Assembly (NCBI RefSeq): GCF_006345805.1
Contig: NC_043014.1
Location: 23,746,001 to 23,810,000 of the forward strand
Reading direction: 5' to 3'
Source of the DNA: Octopus sinensis
Taxonomy: Eukaryota
Length of the DNA stretch: 64,000 nt
Below, in pieces: positions 35,541 through 49,800 of the stretch. Positions within the stretch are counted from its first letter, which is position 1; each line of letters opens with the position of its first letter. Position numbers and translations under genes: made by a program. Below the pieces are notes generated by a model. The model was not told the origin of the DNA and ran no database searches. It saw only the letters and a program-made list of their open reading frames with translations.

Positions 35541-36960
35541 GTTTTATTATTACCCACAAGGGGCGAACGTAGAGGGGACAATACAATCTGATGTGGGGTC
35601 AGATACACGAATGGGTTTTACAAAAAAGCGAATTTTAAAAATTTACAAAAAATTACAAAATAGAAAAAAATCGAATGGAGAACAGCCCAGAAGACATTAC
35701 GGATGGAGTGGGAGCGGGTTTAGCTCGGACCCCACGAGCCCCGCCTCCCCACTGATACTTTGGTTTCGTTTAGTTTTACATTTATGTGGTATCATCCACT
35801 CGCAACTTTCGTGCTACATCTTTCCATCGTTCTTCATACACTCTCTTAGTCAGGCATATTCTCTCCAGCCCTATCTTCCTTTTCAGGTGAAAGATGAAAT
35901 AATTCATCAAACCAGGGCCGGAGATGAACTTGCCTGACTGTAAACCTTTCATTCTCGTCTTCCATATCATCACCTCTTTCGCATTGCTACTACTACACGA
36001 GAAAACAATCTTACCTTCTTTCGCGAGGAAATCTGGTGGGTCAATTTTTGGAATAGACTCAGTCGACAGCTGTACTCTTCGTGTGCTTGACAACAGCTGT
36101 TCGGCATAAACCCACACCTCAGACATGTCCGAACAATGAACAATAGCGTGCGGGACGGTTTCCCTATCCCGCTCGCATCTTGGACATATCGGACTGTCTT
36201 GGCCACCGTGCCTTGCGAGTTTATCCCGAACAGGTAGAGCTCCTCTGTAGCATTGCCATGCCAGAGACTTCTGGAAGTTGTCCAGTGTCTTCGGCTCGAA
36301 CGTACGTCGGAACAGACTGGCCAGCTGATTATCGTCGAGACCTAGGGTTTCCCCCAAGGTATCTTCACATTCCGCCTCTACCAACCCTCTATAGAAGAAT
36401 GTGTTGGAACCCCCACCGCAGGCGTTGCCCGAGCGACGGAATAGCAGGAGAGCCTTGCGACACTCCGTGTACCATGTGCCTAGTTTCGATCTACGATTCA
36501 GCCAGGTTTCCCATCCACCGAAACTAGTGAACTTGGGAAATATCAGTTTTGCTAGCGGAGACCACACCCGTTCACCATCCAGGTAGAGCCACAGATGTCT
36601 TAACCTCAGCGCATGTCTGCGCATCATCAGCCAAGCATCCCTAGCCCACCCTTTAACGGTTGTTGACAGCAAGTAGAGCGTTTCACAAGTGGTTTCCCGC
36701 CCTTCCACAAGAAGTAGAAGAGCTGTCTTTCCAACTTGATCAACCACGAATCAGGGCAAGGAACGACGGAAAGGCGGTAGGTGATAACCGATGCGATAAA
36801 CACATTGGCTACCTCCGCCCTCCCTTTCAGGGATAGCCACCGCCAAGACCAGGTCTTGGTTACTGCAGCCACCCTGCTCGATACCTCGCTCCAATAGCTG
36901 GAAAATTTGGAGAGTGACTCTGCCCGTACTGGTGCCATAACAAAACATCCAATACTCTGG
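35541..36960 (-). mobile_element. L1/Tx1-clade LINE, 5'-truncated (RT thumb, zf-RVT, 3' UTR)
   Basis: LSLKGRAEVAN, FLWKGGKPLVKR, GGLGM, LPVRDKL, CPRCERDRETVPHAIVHC. Confidence 0.85.
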
Positions 36961-38655
36961 AAATTATTTGTTTCTAGTACCAGTTCAGTATTAATGGAGT
37001 AGACCATTAATCAGCGGCGTTCCAATCCCTACCCTCTAATTTTTATTGTATATCTTTAATTGCATTACCAGTGTTGTTTGTATTTCTTTGTCTAGTGGGT
37101 AATGTGTAATTAGAAAGGGGAGACTTGGTGGCTATTTCTAAGAAATCGAGCAACTTTTTATTACTTCGTTATTAGCTTTTATTTATCATCGGAAAAGATG
37201 ACAAACGAAACCGGATATCAAACATCCTTTTAATAAATAAATATACGAATGAAAGAATGAATAAAGAAACAAATAAACAAACATCTATTTCTCTAAATTA
37301 TATCATCTTCAAAAATAATAAGAGAATCAAATGTAGGGACAGGATTTCGTTTGGAATGTCAATCCAAGTTGCTGGGTTTTTTTTAGTTTTTCTTCAACAC
37401 ACACTCTTTCGTCTGTCAAAAAGTCCTGATTTATATCAGCCTGTTTTGGTGTAATTGTTTTAGCATCACGTAAACCTCCAGATAGAGTAGATATATGATT
37501 AAAGGCCGTGGCTGACACGTCTTTCTAGGAGTGTGCAGATATGCTCTTTGCTATTATAGGAGGTAGGGTACAATTTGAGGAAGATTTAGTCACTGTTTCT
37601 AGCTGGTCGAGCAATCACATAAAGTCTCTTCCTTTGATGACTTGCTTCAACTCAACCTTAATTGAGCAGGCCCTATGACGGCAATGCCCCTATGACTAAA
37701 GGATTCCAATCATAATTAACATTTTATCTTTTAAAAGGTTTGCAAGGTTGCATTATTTGATATTGTTTTTCTTATTAAAGATTATAGAATGTGATTTAAA
37801 AGAAATTAAGCTGCTATTTGTAACAACACGAGCAACTACACAGAGACTAATGTACGACTGTCATTAGATTGTTGTTGCTAGTTAACCCAACCCCCTTCCT
37901 CGACCTAAGTCATCCCTGATCAACGTATGATCTAAGACATTCCAGCTTTGACCATTCCTTTTCGTGTATCCAAACCTACATTGTCCTTCGTTCCTTATTT
38001 TTCACAGTAGTAAGATGTATCATTTAATGGAGATTTAACTACTCTTTCTCGCGAGTCGACGTATCGATGTACACACATATAACATACACACAATATATAT
38101 GCATACACTAAACACACAAACGTGTGTGAGATGACTATTTCTGTTTGACGATGATGGGGTGGGTTAATCTGCTATAAAATCGATAAATTGTAGGATTCGA
38201 AAGAAAGGCTTGCAGCTAACTGAGGTGAAGTGCAGTGAAGTGTTACTTTCCACCATTATCTCACTTATATCAAGAAACCTTTTTTACTATCTATAAATTC
38301 CTCTTTACCCCAAGCGTTTATTTCGAACCTTTCCATTGTTATATGTTTAAATACGATTATATATATATATGCGAGTGTGTTTTGTTAAACAAGATTATTT
38401 CTTCACAACGAAAGGTTTCGTGCAGTTGATTACCGTCGATCGAACTCATCAATGGGTCTGAAATAATTTAGAATGTTTCAAACTCACAGATGTGTTTGGT
38501 TGACCAAGCGAACAAAGCCTTTACCTACGAGGAAATAATCCAGTTTAACGCAGGTGTACAGTGATCACTTCGTATTTTTGCATAGAAACACAAATGATTT
38601 AGAATTAAAGAAATTGCACAAAATATATTAAGATCGCGTGTGTACACAGACAGAG

Positions 38656-38686
<31 letters not shown>

Positions 38687-39499
38687 GGATGTAGACGAAG
38701 AGACAAGCGCGCACACATGTATAAAACCAGGAATATACTACTCACATACAATATAATAGTATAACCACTCAAATTGTCTTTCAGAATGAGCTTTTTTTTC
38801 CTGACTTCTAAACTAACCGATAATCATGTGTGTGTGTATCTATATATATTTATTACAGAATTCTCCCTCCGATAAATTAAGTAAATAAAGAACATTTTCG
38901 CTAGGTTTCTCTTCCTATTTATTACGGAATTCTCCCTCCGATAAACTAAATAAGTAAAGAACATTTTTTGCTAGTTACCTTAAACAATTTTTTTATATCA
39001 ATAACCTTAAATAAAAGAGAAGAGTTGTTATAGATTACCAATAGTATCTTATCACTTATATTTGATTACACGTTTTATTACAGCCTCTAGATTTAGTAAG
39101 ACAGTGCTACTCAATTTATATTGTTGTATGATATAATAGAGAAAGATGGTCTTCGACCTAAACGAATTTGGATAAATATTTAAGATATTTAGAAATATAT
39201 TTCGACAGTTGTAGATTCTATTTAATTATTTTATCCGTTATAACTTTGTAGGTTTTTTCAATTATAATTGTTATGTAGTTGAAAGGTTAACGCTCACGCT
39301 CATAATACATAGGCTTTTGAATTAATTTTTTTGCAATCCAGCCGTCCTTTCACGCGGAATTTCGTCTGTCTATAAACAAAAGCTCTAAAGAGACTTATAT
39401 AATTGGATATGCATTGTTTGTAAATCGAATAATGCATATTAGTCGAAACAAATTGTTGGTTATTTTGATTTTTTAATGTTATCTTATATTCATAGCATA

Positions 39500-40015
39500 T
39501 CTATATATATATAAAACTGTAGTTGTGTGTCTGTCTCCTACGATTTAGATTCCTAACTCCTCCCACATTTTGCGGTGCAGTTAAACCAAATTCGGGTATC
39601 TTATAGTCGTGATTCATATCGAGCCCGTCTGAGTATTAGGACGCGTCTACGATGAGTCTACGATTTTAAAAATAATTTAACATCATTTTTTTATTCCATT
39701 TTAATGCATAATTTTTCGTGTGTCGATGGCGGCGGAGTTGGCGTCCACGCTCAAACACCTGCACCTGTGTTTGCTTCTCACCCTTCTTCTCTCCCTTGTG
39801 AAGCTGTGGGGAAGGGAGTTTAAGGAAATCAACGTCGTAATGCGTTGTCAAGGAGACCAGCGTTCTTTTAGAACAACGACTTCATGGCTTGAAGACACCA
39901 AAACAGAAATGGCTAAGAAAGCCCGAATTGGCATCTATAAAGGAAGTAACTCTCTAAAAATGCTTATATAGTTATTTCCCTTACAAACCCGAGCAACGCC
40001 GGGCGATACTGCTAG
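39500..40015 (+). mobile_element. Non-autonomous Helitron
   Basis: A|TC 5' end, subterminal cccgagcaacgccggg hairpin, CTAG|T 3' end. Confidence 0.8.
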
Positions 40016-40182
40016 TTATAACATAAATAAATTATTGGATTGTCAAGTGGATCTTCTATATAATCTATTGTTTGTAATTTGCATTACACCCGTATTTATG
40101 TGGTATTCAACTGACGTACAAATGAATTGAATGTTTTACACACCCCTTTGGGGGAATTTCTTTCCATAGTTTGTAACTATAC

Positions 40183-40213
<31 letters not shown>

Positions 40214-40214
<1 letters not shown>

Positions 40215-40947
40215 CTATATATATAAAACTGCATAATATAATGCATAATTTTTCGTGTGTCGATGGCGGCGGAGTTGGCGTCCATGGTCACACCTGCACC
40301 TGTTTGCTTCTCCCCCTTCTTCCCTCCCTCGTGAAGCTGTGGGGAAGGGAGTGTAAGGAAATCAACGTCGTAAAGCGTTGTCAAGGAGACCAGCGTTCTT
40401 TTAGAACAACGACTTCATGGCTTGAAGACACCAAAACAGAAATGGCTAAGAAAGCCCGAATTGGCATCTATAGGGGAAGTAACTCTCTAAAAATGCTTAT
40501 ATAGTTATTTCCCTTACAAACCCGAGCAATACCGGGCGATACTGCTAGTCTTTATATATAAAAGTAAGGTTGTGTGTCTGTCTCCTACGATTTAGATTCC
40601 TAACTACTCCTACATTTTGCGGTGCAGTTTAACCAAAACCGGGAATCTTTATAGTTGTGATTCATATCGAGCCCTTCTGGGTATTAGCGCGCGTCTACGA
40701 TGAGTCTACGATTTTTAAAAAAAATTACCATCATTTCTTTTCATTTTAATGCATTTTTTCGCTATTATATAAGGGAAGTAACTCTCTAAAAATGTCTTCG
40801 ATGAGTCAACGATTTTTAAAAACATTTACCATCATTTTTTTTCCATTTTTAATGCATTTTTTTGCTATTTTTTGGCTATAACTCTCTAAAAATGCTTATA
40901 TAGTTATTTCCCTTACAAACCAGAGCAACGCCGGGCGATACTGCTAG
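40214..40947 (+). mobile_element. Two head-to-tail non-autonomous Helitrons (40214-40548 and 40549-40947)
   Basis: Direct CTAG|TC junction at 40548/40549; both copies carry the hairpin and CTAG end. Confidence 0.8.
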
Positions 40948-41467
40948 TATATATATATACACACATATATATACATACACATATATATATACATACATAC
41001 ACATATATATACATACATATATATATACATACATACATATATATATATACATACATACATATATATATATACATACATATATATATATACATACATATAT
41101 ATATACATACATACATATATATACATACATACATATATATATATACCTACATATATATATATACATACATACATATATATATATACATACATATATATAT
41201 ATACATACATATATATATATACATACATACATACATATATATACATACATACATATATATACATACGTACATACATATATATACATACATACATACATAT
41301 ATATACATACATACATATATATACGTACATACATATATATACATATATATATACATACATATATATATATACATACATATATATATATACATATATATAT
41401 ATACATATATATATACATACATATATATATATACATACATATATATATATACATATATATATATATA

Positions 41468-41501
<34 letters not shown>

Positions 41502-41562
41502 ACATATATATATATACATACATATATATACATATATATATATACATACATATATATATACA

Positions 41563-41602
<40 letters not shown>

Positions 41603-41813
41603 CATACATATATTATACATACATATATATTACATACATATATATATACATACATATATAATATACATACATATATATTACATACATATATATATAATAT
41701 ATATACATATATATATATATACATATATATATATATTTATATACATACATACATATATACATACATATATACATACATATATCATATATATACATATATA
41801 TATAATATATATA

Positions 41814-41845
<32 letters not shown>

Positions 41846-41846
<1 letters not shown>

Positions 41847-42345
41847 CATCATCATCATTGTTCGACCGTGGTCGAGACAATGGAATTTACCATGCTACGC
41901 CAGACTTCACGGTCCATCATGGCATTACGGAGGTCCTGTTCCCTGGAGATTACATCAGGGTAGGAAAGTGTGCGCCCTCTGGTATTGTGAGTAGATGGCT
42001 TCCAGAGGAGAAGAGTAGAAATTACCTCTTTTTCAGCTCTACAACAATGTCCAGCAAACTGGACTCTCTTACCTTTCACAAGAGATGACACAGGTGGTAG
42101 TTTCCCATATATTTGCATTTTGGTTGGATGGCGCTTCCCCGAGAGATTTTTGAGCTCTCATAAGGAGGCGAGTCTAGGTTCCATCCAACTGCCTCTCAAG
42201 CTTCTTTGATAACGTCCAGGTTTCTGAGTCATATAGTAGAATTGGTTCGACTGTGGCTTTGAAGATTTCAAGTTTGAAGTCTCTACTTAGATTTGATGAC
42301 CAGTTCTTAGGCATGTCATTACAGGCTGACCAAGCCATACCCTTT
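41846..42345 (-). mobile_element. Second RTE-type family, 3' fragment with the ORF running into the (GAT)n tail
   Basis: [32 protein letters not shown]. Confidence 0.8.
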
Positions 42346-43445
42346 TGTCTTCGTTTATCAACATGTTGTTCTTTTCTGCCCATTGGACAACAGCCAGTAG
42401 GTCTGACTGAAGGCTTATTCGGTCATCCACGCCATTGATGACCTTCTGGAGCTTGGAATCATCAGCGAAGGTTCTGATGTTACTGTGTTTGATGGTGTCA
42501 GTAATATCATTTATGTAGATGATGAAGAGAAGTGGGCCCAACACAGTGCCTTGTGGGACACCACTGCTGACTTTGGCTGGGCTAGATTTGACTCCTTCGA
42601 CTACAACATGTTGGGTTCTGTTAGACAGGAAGCACTTGATCCACTGCAGCAGCTTTCCAGTGACACCAATAATGGACAGCTTTCTCAAAAGGATCTTATG
42701 ATCAACCCTGTCAAAGGCCTTGCTGAAATCAAGGTAGATGACATCAGTGTTGGAACCCTCTCCCAAGGCTCTCAAAATGTCATCAAAATGATGCAGTAGC
42801 TGCATTAGGCAATCTCTTCCATTACGGAATCCATGCTGGTTATGACTCTCAAGGAAGTGAGTCATACGCGATCTCAGCACTCTCTCAAATACCTTAATGA
42901 TATGAGAGGTGAGTGAGATTGGACGGTAATTCATGGCAAGTGATTTGTTTCCTTTTTTGAAAACTGGGAAAACAGACTGGAATAGAAGGTCTTCTGGTAT
43001 ATATCCAGCATCCAGTGAGTTCCGCCACAGATTGGCTAGAGGGGGTGCAAGCTGGTTTTGATACATCTTCAAGACACAAGCAGGGAACCTATCGGGACCT
43101 ACTGCTGAATTATACTTCATTTCCTTTATTGCTGCTAAGACATCAGGAGCGCCAAAGGTTATGTCCGATGAAGTGTATTGGGGAGTAACATCACTGATAC
43201 AACCCAGATCATTCATATCAGGATTGCTGAAAACAGAGCAATATTGTTTCTGCAATATCTCTCCCATAGTTTTGGCATTGTCTTGAGAGTACCATTTTCA
43301 TCAATCAGAGGGCCAACAGTAGAACCAGTGACTCTGTGTTTTTTTGCAAATGAAAAGAACACTTTGGGATTGATTTGATCTTCTCATGGCCCAGGCCTCT
43401 TCAGCTCTTCGCTGACGATTGATGATAGACATCATGTTGTTTTGG
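42346..43445 (-). mobile_element. CR1-like RT fragment
   Basis: [47 protein letters not shown]. Confidence 0.9.
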
Positions 43446-43475
43446 AGTTTAGGTTTTTTAATCTCTAGCGACGAG

Positions 43476-43512
<37 letters not shown>

Positions 43513-43542
43513 ATATATATTATATATATATGTATATATATA

Positions 43543-43769
43543 TGTTACTCTTTTACTTGTTTCAGACATTTGACTGCGCGGCCATGCTGGAGCAGCGCCT
43601 TTACTCAAGCAAATCGACCCCAGGACTTATTCTTGGTAAGCCCAGTACTTGTTCTGTTCTATCGGTCTCTTTGCCGAACCGCTAAGAGACAGGGACGTAA
43701 ACCACCAGCATCAGTTGTCAAGCAATGCTAGGGGGACAAACACAGACACACAAACATAGACACCACACT

Positions 43770-43802
<33 letters not shown>

Positions 43803-43982
43803 TTATATATATATATTAGATACGGACAACTTCTTTCAGTTTCTGTCTACCAAATCCACTCACAAGGCGTGATCGGCCCGGGGCTATAGCAGAAGACACT
43901 TGCCCAGATGCCACACAGTGGGATTGAACCCGGAACCATGTTGTTGGTTAGCAAACTACTTACCACACAGCCACTCCTGCGC
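43543..43982 (-). mobile_element. tRNA-derived SINE with internal microsatellite and LINE-like 3' tail
   Basis: Head gcgcaggagtggctgtgtggtaag...gggttcaatccc; tail ctccagcatggccgcgcagtcaaatgtctgaaac. A headless copy lies at 57744-57960 and a tail fragment at ~54695-54740. Confidence 0.8.
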
Positions 43983-43985
43983 ACA

Positions 43986-44025
<40 letters not shown>

Positions 44026-44169
44026 ATATATTATACATATATATATGTATATATGATGTATATATATATGTATATGTATATATATATATGTATATTTACT
44101 TTCTTTAAACCAGCCAGAAATTCAACAAATCTGTTACTCTGAGTTTCTCGTTGCCGTTCATCAGACAGT

Positions 44170-47013
44170 TATATATTTTTATATATATATATATATATAT
44201 AATATATAGTGTATATATATAATATCGATAATATTTATATATATATATATATAATGTATATATATGATATATATATATATATGGATAATGTATATGGGTA
44301 GATCTATATGTAATATAATGTATATAGATATACATATAGATATCTACAATATATACATATATATAATACATATATATACATACATATATACTACATATAT
44401 ATACTATTATATACATACATATATATACTATATAATAGACATACATATTATACATAATATATATGATATACATACATAATTACATAATATACATATACAT
44501 ATATATATATATACATATATCAATATCTACATATATATACTACAATATATATATACATACTATACATACATATATATACATACTTATATACATATATAAT
44601 ATACATACATATATATACATACTATGATATCCACATACATATATATATACATATATATGTATACATACATATATATACATATATATGTATACATACATAT
44701 ATATACATATATATGTATACATACATATATATACATATATATGTATACATACATATATATACATATATATGTATACATACATATTTATACATAATATATG
44801 TATATACATATATATACCTATATATGTATACATATATATATACATATATAAGTATACATACATAATATATACTATATATGTATACATATATATGTATACA
44901 TATATAAGTATACATATATATATACATATATATGTATACATATATATGTATACGTATATGTATACATATATATGTACACGTATATATGTATACATATATA
45001 TGTACACGTATATATATACATATATATGTACACGTATATATGTATACATATATATGTATACGTATATATATACATATATATGTACACGTATATATGTATA
45101 CATATTATGTATACGTATATATATACATATTCTGTATACGTATATATGTATAGCAATATAATATCTTATATATGTAACATATATATATACGCATGTACTA
45201 TATATATAATATATGATTACATATATATATCGATAATGTATACATATATATATACGTATATATGTATACAGATATATATACGTATATATGTATACATATA
45301 TATATACGTATATATGTATACATATATATATACGGTATATGTATACATATATTATACGTATATATGTATACATATATATATACGTATATATGTATACATA
45401 GTATAACGTATATATGTATACATATATATACACGATATATGTATACATATATATATACGTATATATGTATACATATATATATACGTATATATGTATACAT
45501 ATATATATACGTATATATGTATACATATATATATACGTATATATGTATACATATATATATACGTATATATGTATACATATATATATACATATATATGTAT
45601 ACGTATATATATACGTATATATGTATACATATATATATACGTATATATGTATACATATATATATACGTATATATGTATACATATATATATACGTATATAT
45701 GTATACATATATATATACGTATATATGTATACATATATATACGTATATATGTATACATATATATATACGTATATATGTATACATATATTATACGTATATA
45801 TGTATACATATATATATACGTATATATGTATACATATATATATACGTATATATGTACCATATATATATACGTAGATATGTATACATATTATATAACGTAT
45901 ATATGTATACATTATATATATACGTATATATGTATACATATATATATATACGTATATATGTATACATAATTATATCGTATATATGTATACATATATATAT
46001 ATACGTATATATGGTATACATATATATATACGTAAATATATGTATCATATATATATACGTATATATGTATACATATATATATACGTATATATGTATACAT
46101 ATATATATACGTATATATGTATACATATATATATACGTATATATGTATACATATATATATACGTATATATGTATACATATATATATACGTATATATGTAT
46201 ACATATATATATACGTATATATGTATACATATATATATACGTATATATGTATACATATATATATACGTATATATGTTACATATATATATACGTATATATT
46301 TATACATATATATATACGTATATTGTATACATATATATATACGTATATATGTATACATATATATATACGTATATATGTATACATATATTATATACGTATA
46401 TATGTATACATATATATATACGTTATATGTATACATATATGTATACGTATATATGTATACATCTATATACGTATATATGTATACATATATGTATACGTAT
46501 ATATGTATAACATATATATATACGTATATATGTATACATATATGTTACGTATATATGTATACATATATATACGTATATATGTATACAGATATGATACGTA
46601 TATATGTAACTATATATATACGTATATATGTATACATATATGTATACGTATATATGTATACATATATATATACGTATATATGTATACATATATGTATACG
46701 TATATATGTATACATATATATATACGTATATATGTATACATATATGTAATACGTATATATGTATACATATATATATACGTATATATGTATACATATATGT
46801 ATACGTATATATGTATACATATATATATACGTATATATGTATACATATATGTATACGTATATATGTATACATATATATATACGTATATATGTATACATAT
46901 ATGTATACGTATATATGTATACATATATATAACGTTATATGTATAACATATATGTATACGTATATATGTTATACATATATATTACGTATATATATATCAT
47001 ATATGTATACATT

Positions 47014-47044
<31 letters not shown>

Positions 47045-47238
47045 ATATATACTATATGTATACATAGATATATAATATTATAGTATATATATATATATAT
47101 GTATACATATATATAATTATGTATATATATATAGATGTATATATATAATATATGTATACATATAGATATATATATATGTATATATATATATATAAATGTA
47201 TATATATATATATGTATACATATATATATGTATACATT

Positions 47239-47269
<31 letters not shown>

Positions 47270-47509
47270 CTGTATACATATATATAGATGTATACATATA
47301 TATATATAATATTGTATACGAGATAATATATGTATACATTTATATATATATATATGGATATATATATATATATGTATACATATATATATATGTATACATA
47401 TATATATCTATATATGTATATATATATATATGTATACATATATTATGTATACATATATATATATATTATATGTATATATGATATATGTAACATATATATA
47501 TAATATATG

Positions 47510-47559
<50 letters not shown>

Positions 47560-48367
47560 CATATATATTATATATATTATATTATATATTATACAAGAAT
47601 ATATATAATATTATATATCTATATATATATGTATATAATATAATGTTACATATATATAATGTATACATATATAATATATATATGTTATGTATATATATAA
47701 TGTATACATATAGATAGATTAGATATATATTGTATACATATATATATATATAATATATATATATATATATAATGTATACATATATATATATATATAATAT
47801 ATTATATATATATGTATACATATCTATATATATATTCTGTATACATATATAATATATATATATATAATATGTCTATATTAGTATATTATATATATGTATA
47901 TATATATATATATCTATATTATACAGATATATATATATAATATTATATATATATATATATGTATACATATATATATATATAGTTAGATGAACATAATATA
48001 TATATAATATATATGTATACATATATATATAATAGTATACATATTATATATATATAATGTATACATATATATATATATATAGTATACATATATATATAAT
48101 ATATATGTATACATATATATATATATATGTATACATATATATATAAATATACATATATATCTATATATATTATGTATACATATATAATATATATATATAT
48201 GTATACATATATATATAATATGTATACATTAATAATATATATATTATTATATATAAAATAATTATATATATATGTATACATATATAATAATATATATATA
48301 TGTATATAAATATATACTATGTATACATATCTATATATATATGTAATACATATATATAATATTATGT

Positions 48368-48407
<40 letters not shown>

Positions 48408-49399
48408 AACATATTTATATTATAATACAGGCACACGGACACACCAGCAGGCACACGGACACATCTATTCACACCCTCATACTCACCTCCCAATAACCCC
48501 AAATCACTGATGCTTGAAGGGGAAGTATAAACCAAACTGGGTACATTCTTTTTTTTCTCTCAATCAACTTTTCTGCTAAAACAAACAGGTCAGTAAAAAA
48601 CAAATTCTCGCCTTCGATTCAAAATATTCTGAGATGGTCTAAAATATCCATTTTAATTTTCTCTGTCAATATTACAAGCTTTCTCACCAAACTATTTACA
48701 CTTCCTTATGTCTTTAACAGTCCTTTCTACCAAAGACTGTATATATATACATGTAATGTGACAATTTGCGACAACCAATAATTAACGCAACCAAATTTCC
48801 AATATATATTTGTTTTATTTTTCTTTTCTGCCAATTTTCCAAATATCTCATCATACTATTGAACTTTTTTATACTATATTATACATGTAATGTGACAATT
48901 ATGTATAAAAAAACATTTTTGAATTCATAATATTCAATGTGACAATTATGTAAAAAACTTTTTTGAACCCATAATATTCAAAGTACTTTTGACAATCTTT
49001 TACCAAAGAGTGAAACCGGTTAAGTAAATAAAATCGTTTAAATTGCATTTTCAAACCTTTTTCATATACATATATAATATATATATACATATATATATAT
49101 AACATATATATATATATACATATATATATATACATATATATATATATACACCATATCTATATATATATATACACTATCTATATATATGTATATATATATA
49201 TACACATATCTATATATACATACACATATATATATATATATATATATACATATTATATACATATACATATACATATATATATATATACATATATATATAC
49301 ATATACATATACATATATATATACTATACATATACATATATATATATATACATATATACTACATATACATATACATATATAATATATACATATATATAC

Positions 49400-49431
<32 letters not shown>

Positions 49432-49628
49432 CATATATATATACATATACAATATATATATATACATATACATATTATACATACATACTATATATATATA
49501 TACATAATATATATATATATACATATAATATATGCATATACATATATATATACATATACATATATATATACATATATATATACATATACATATATATACA
49601 TATTATATATACATATATATATATATAC

Positions 49629-49673
<45 letters not shown>

Positions 49674-49800
49674 CATATACATATATATATACATATTATA
49701 TATACATATACATATATAATATATTACATATATATAATACATATACCTATATTATATATACATATACATATATATATATATATATACATTATATAAAAAC
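44170..49800. repeat. ~5-kb TA-rich satellite block with a 26-bp GTATAC/TACGTA array (~45230-46990); non-repetitive island at 48420-49060
   Basis: Unit gtatacatatatatatacgtatatat. Confidence 0.9.

Noticed and set aside
39720-40504. Duplicated ORFs ending KKARIGIY...SNSLKMLI as a gene pair
   Set aside because: They lie inside non-autonomous Helitron copies, with different starts and no known domain.
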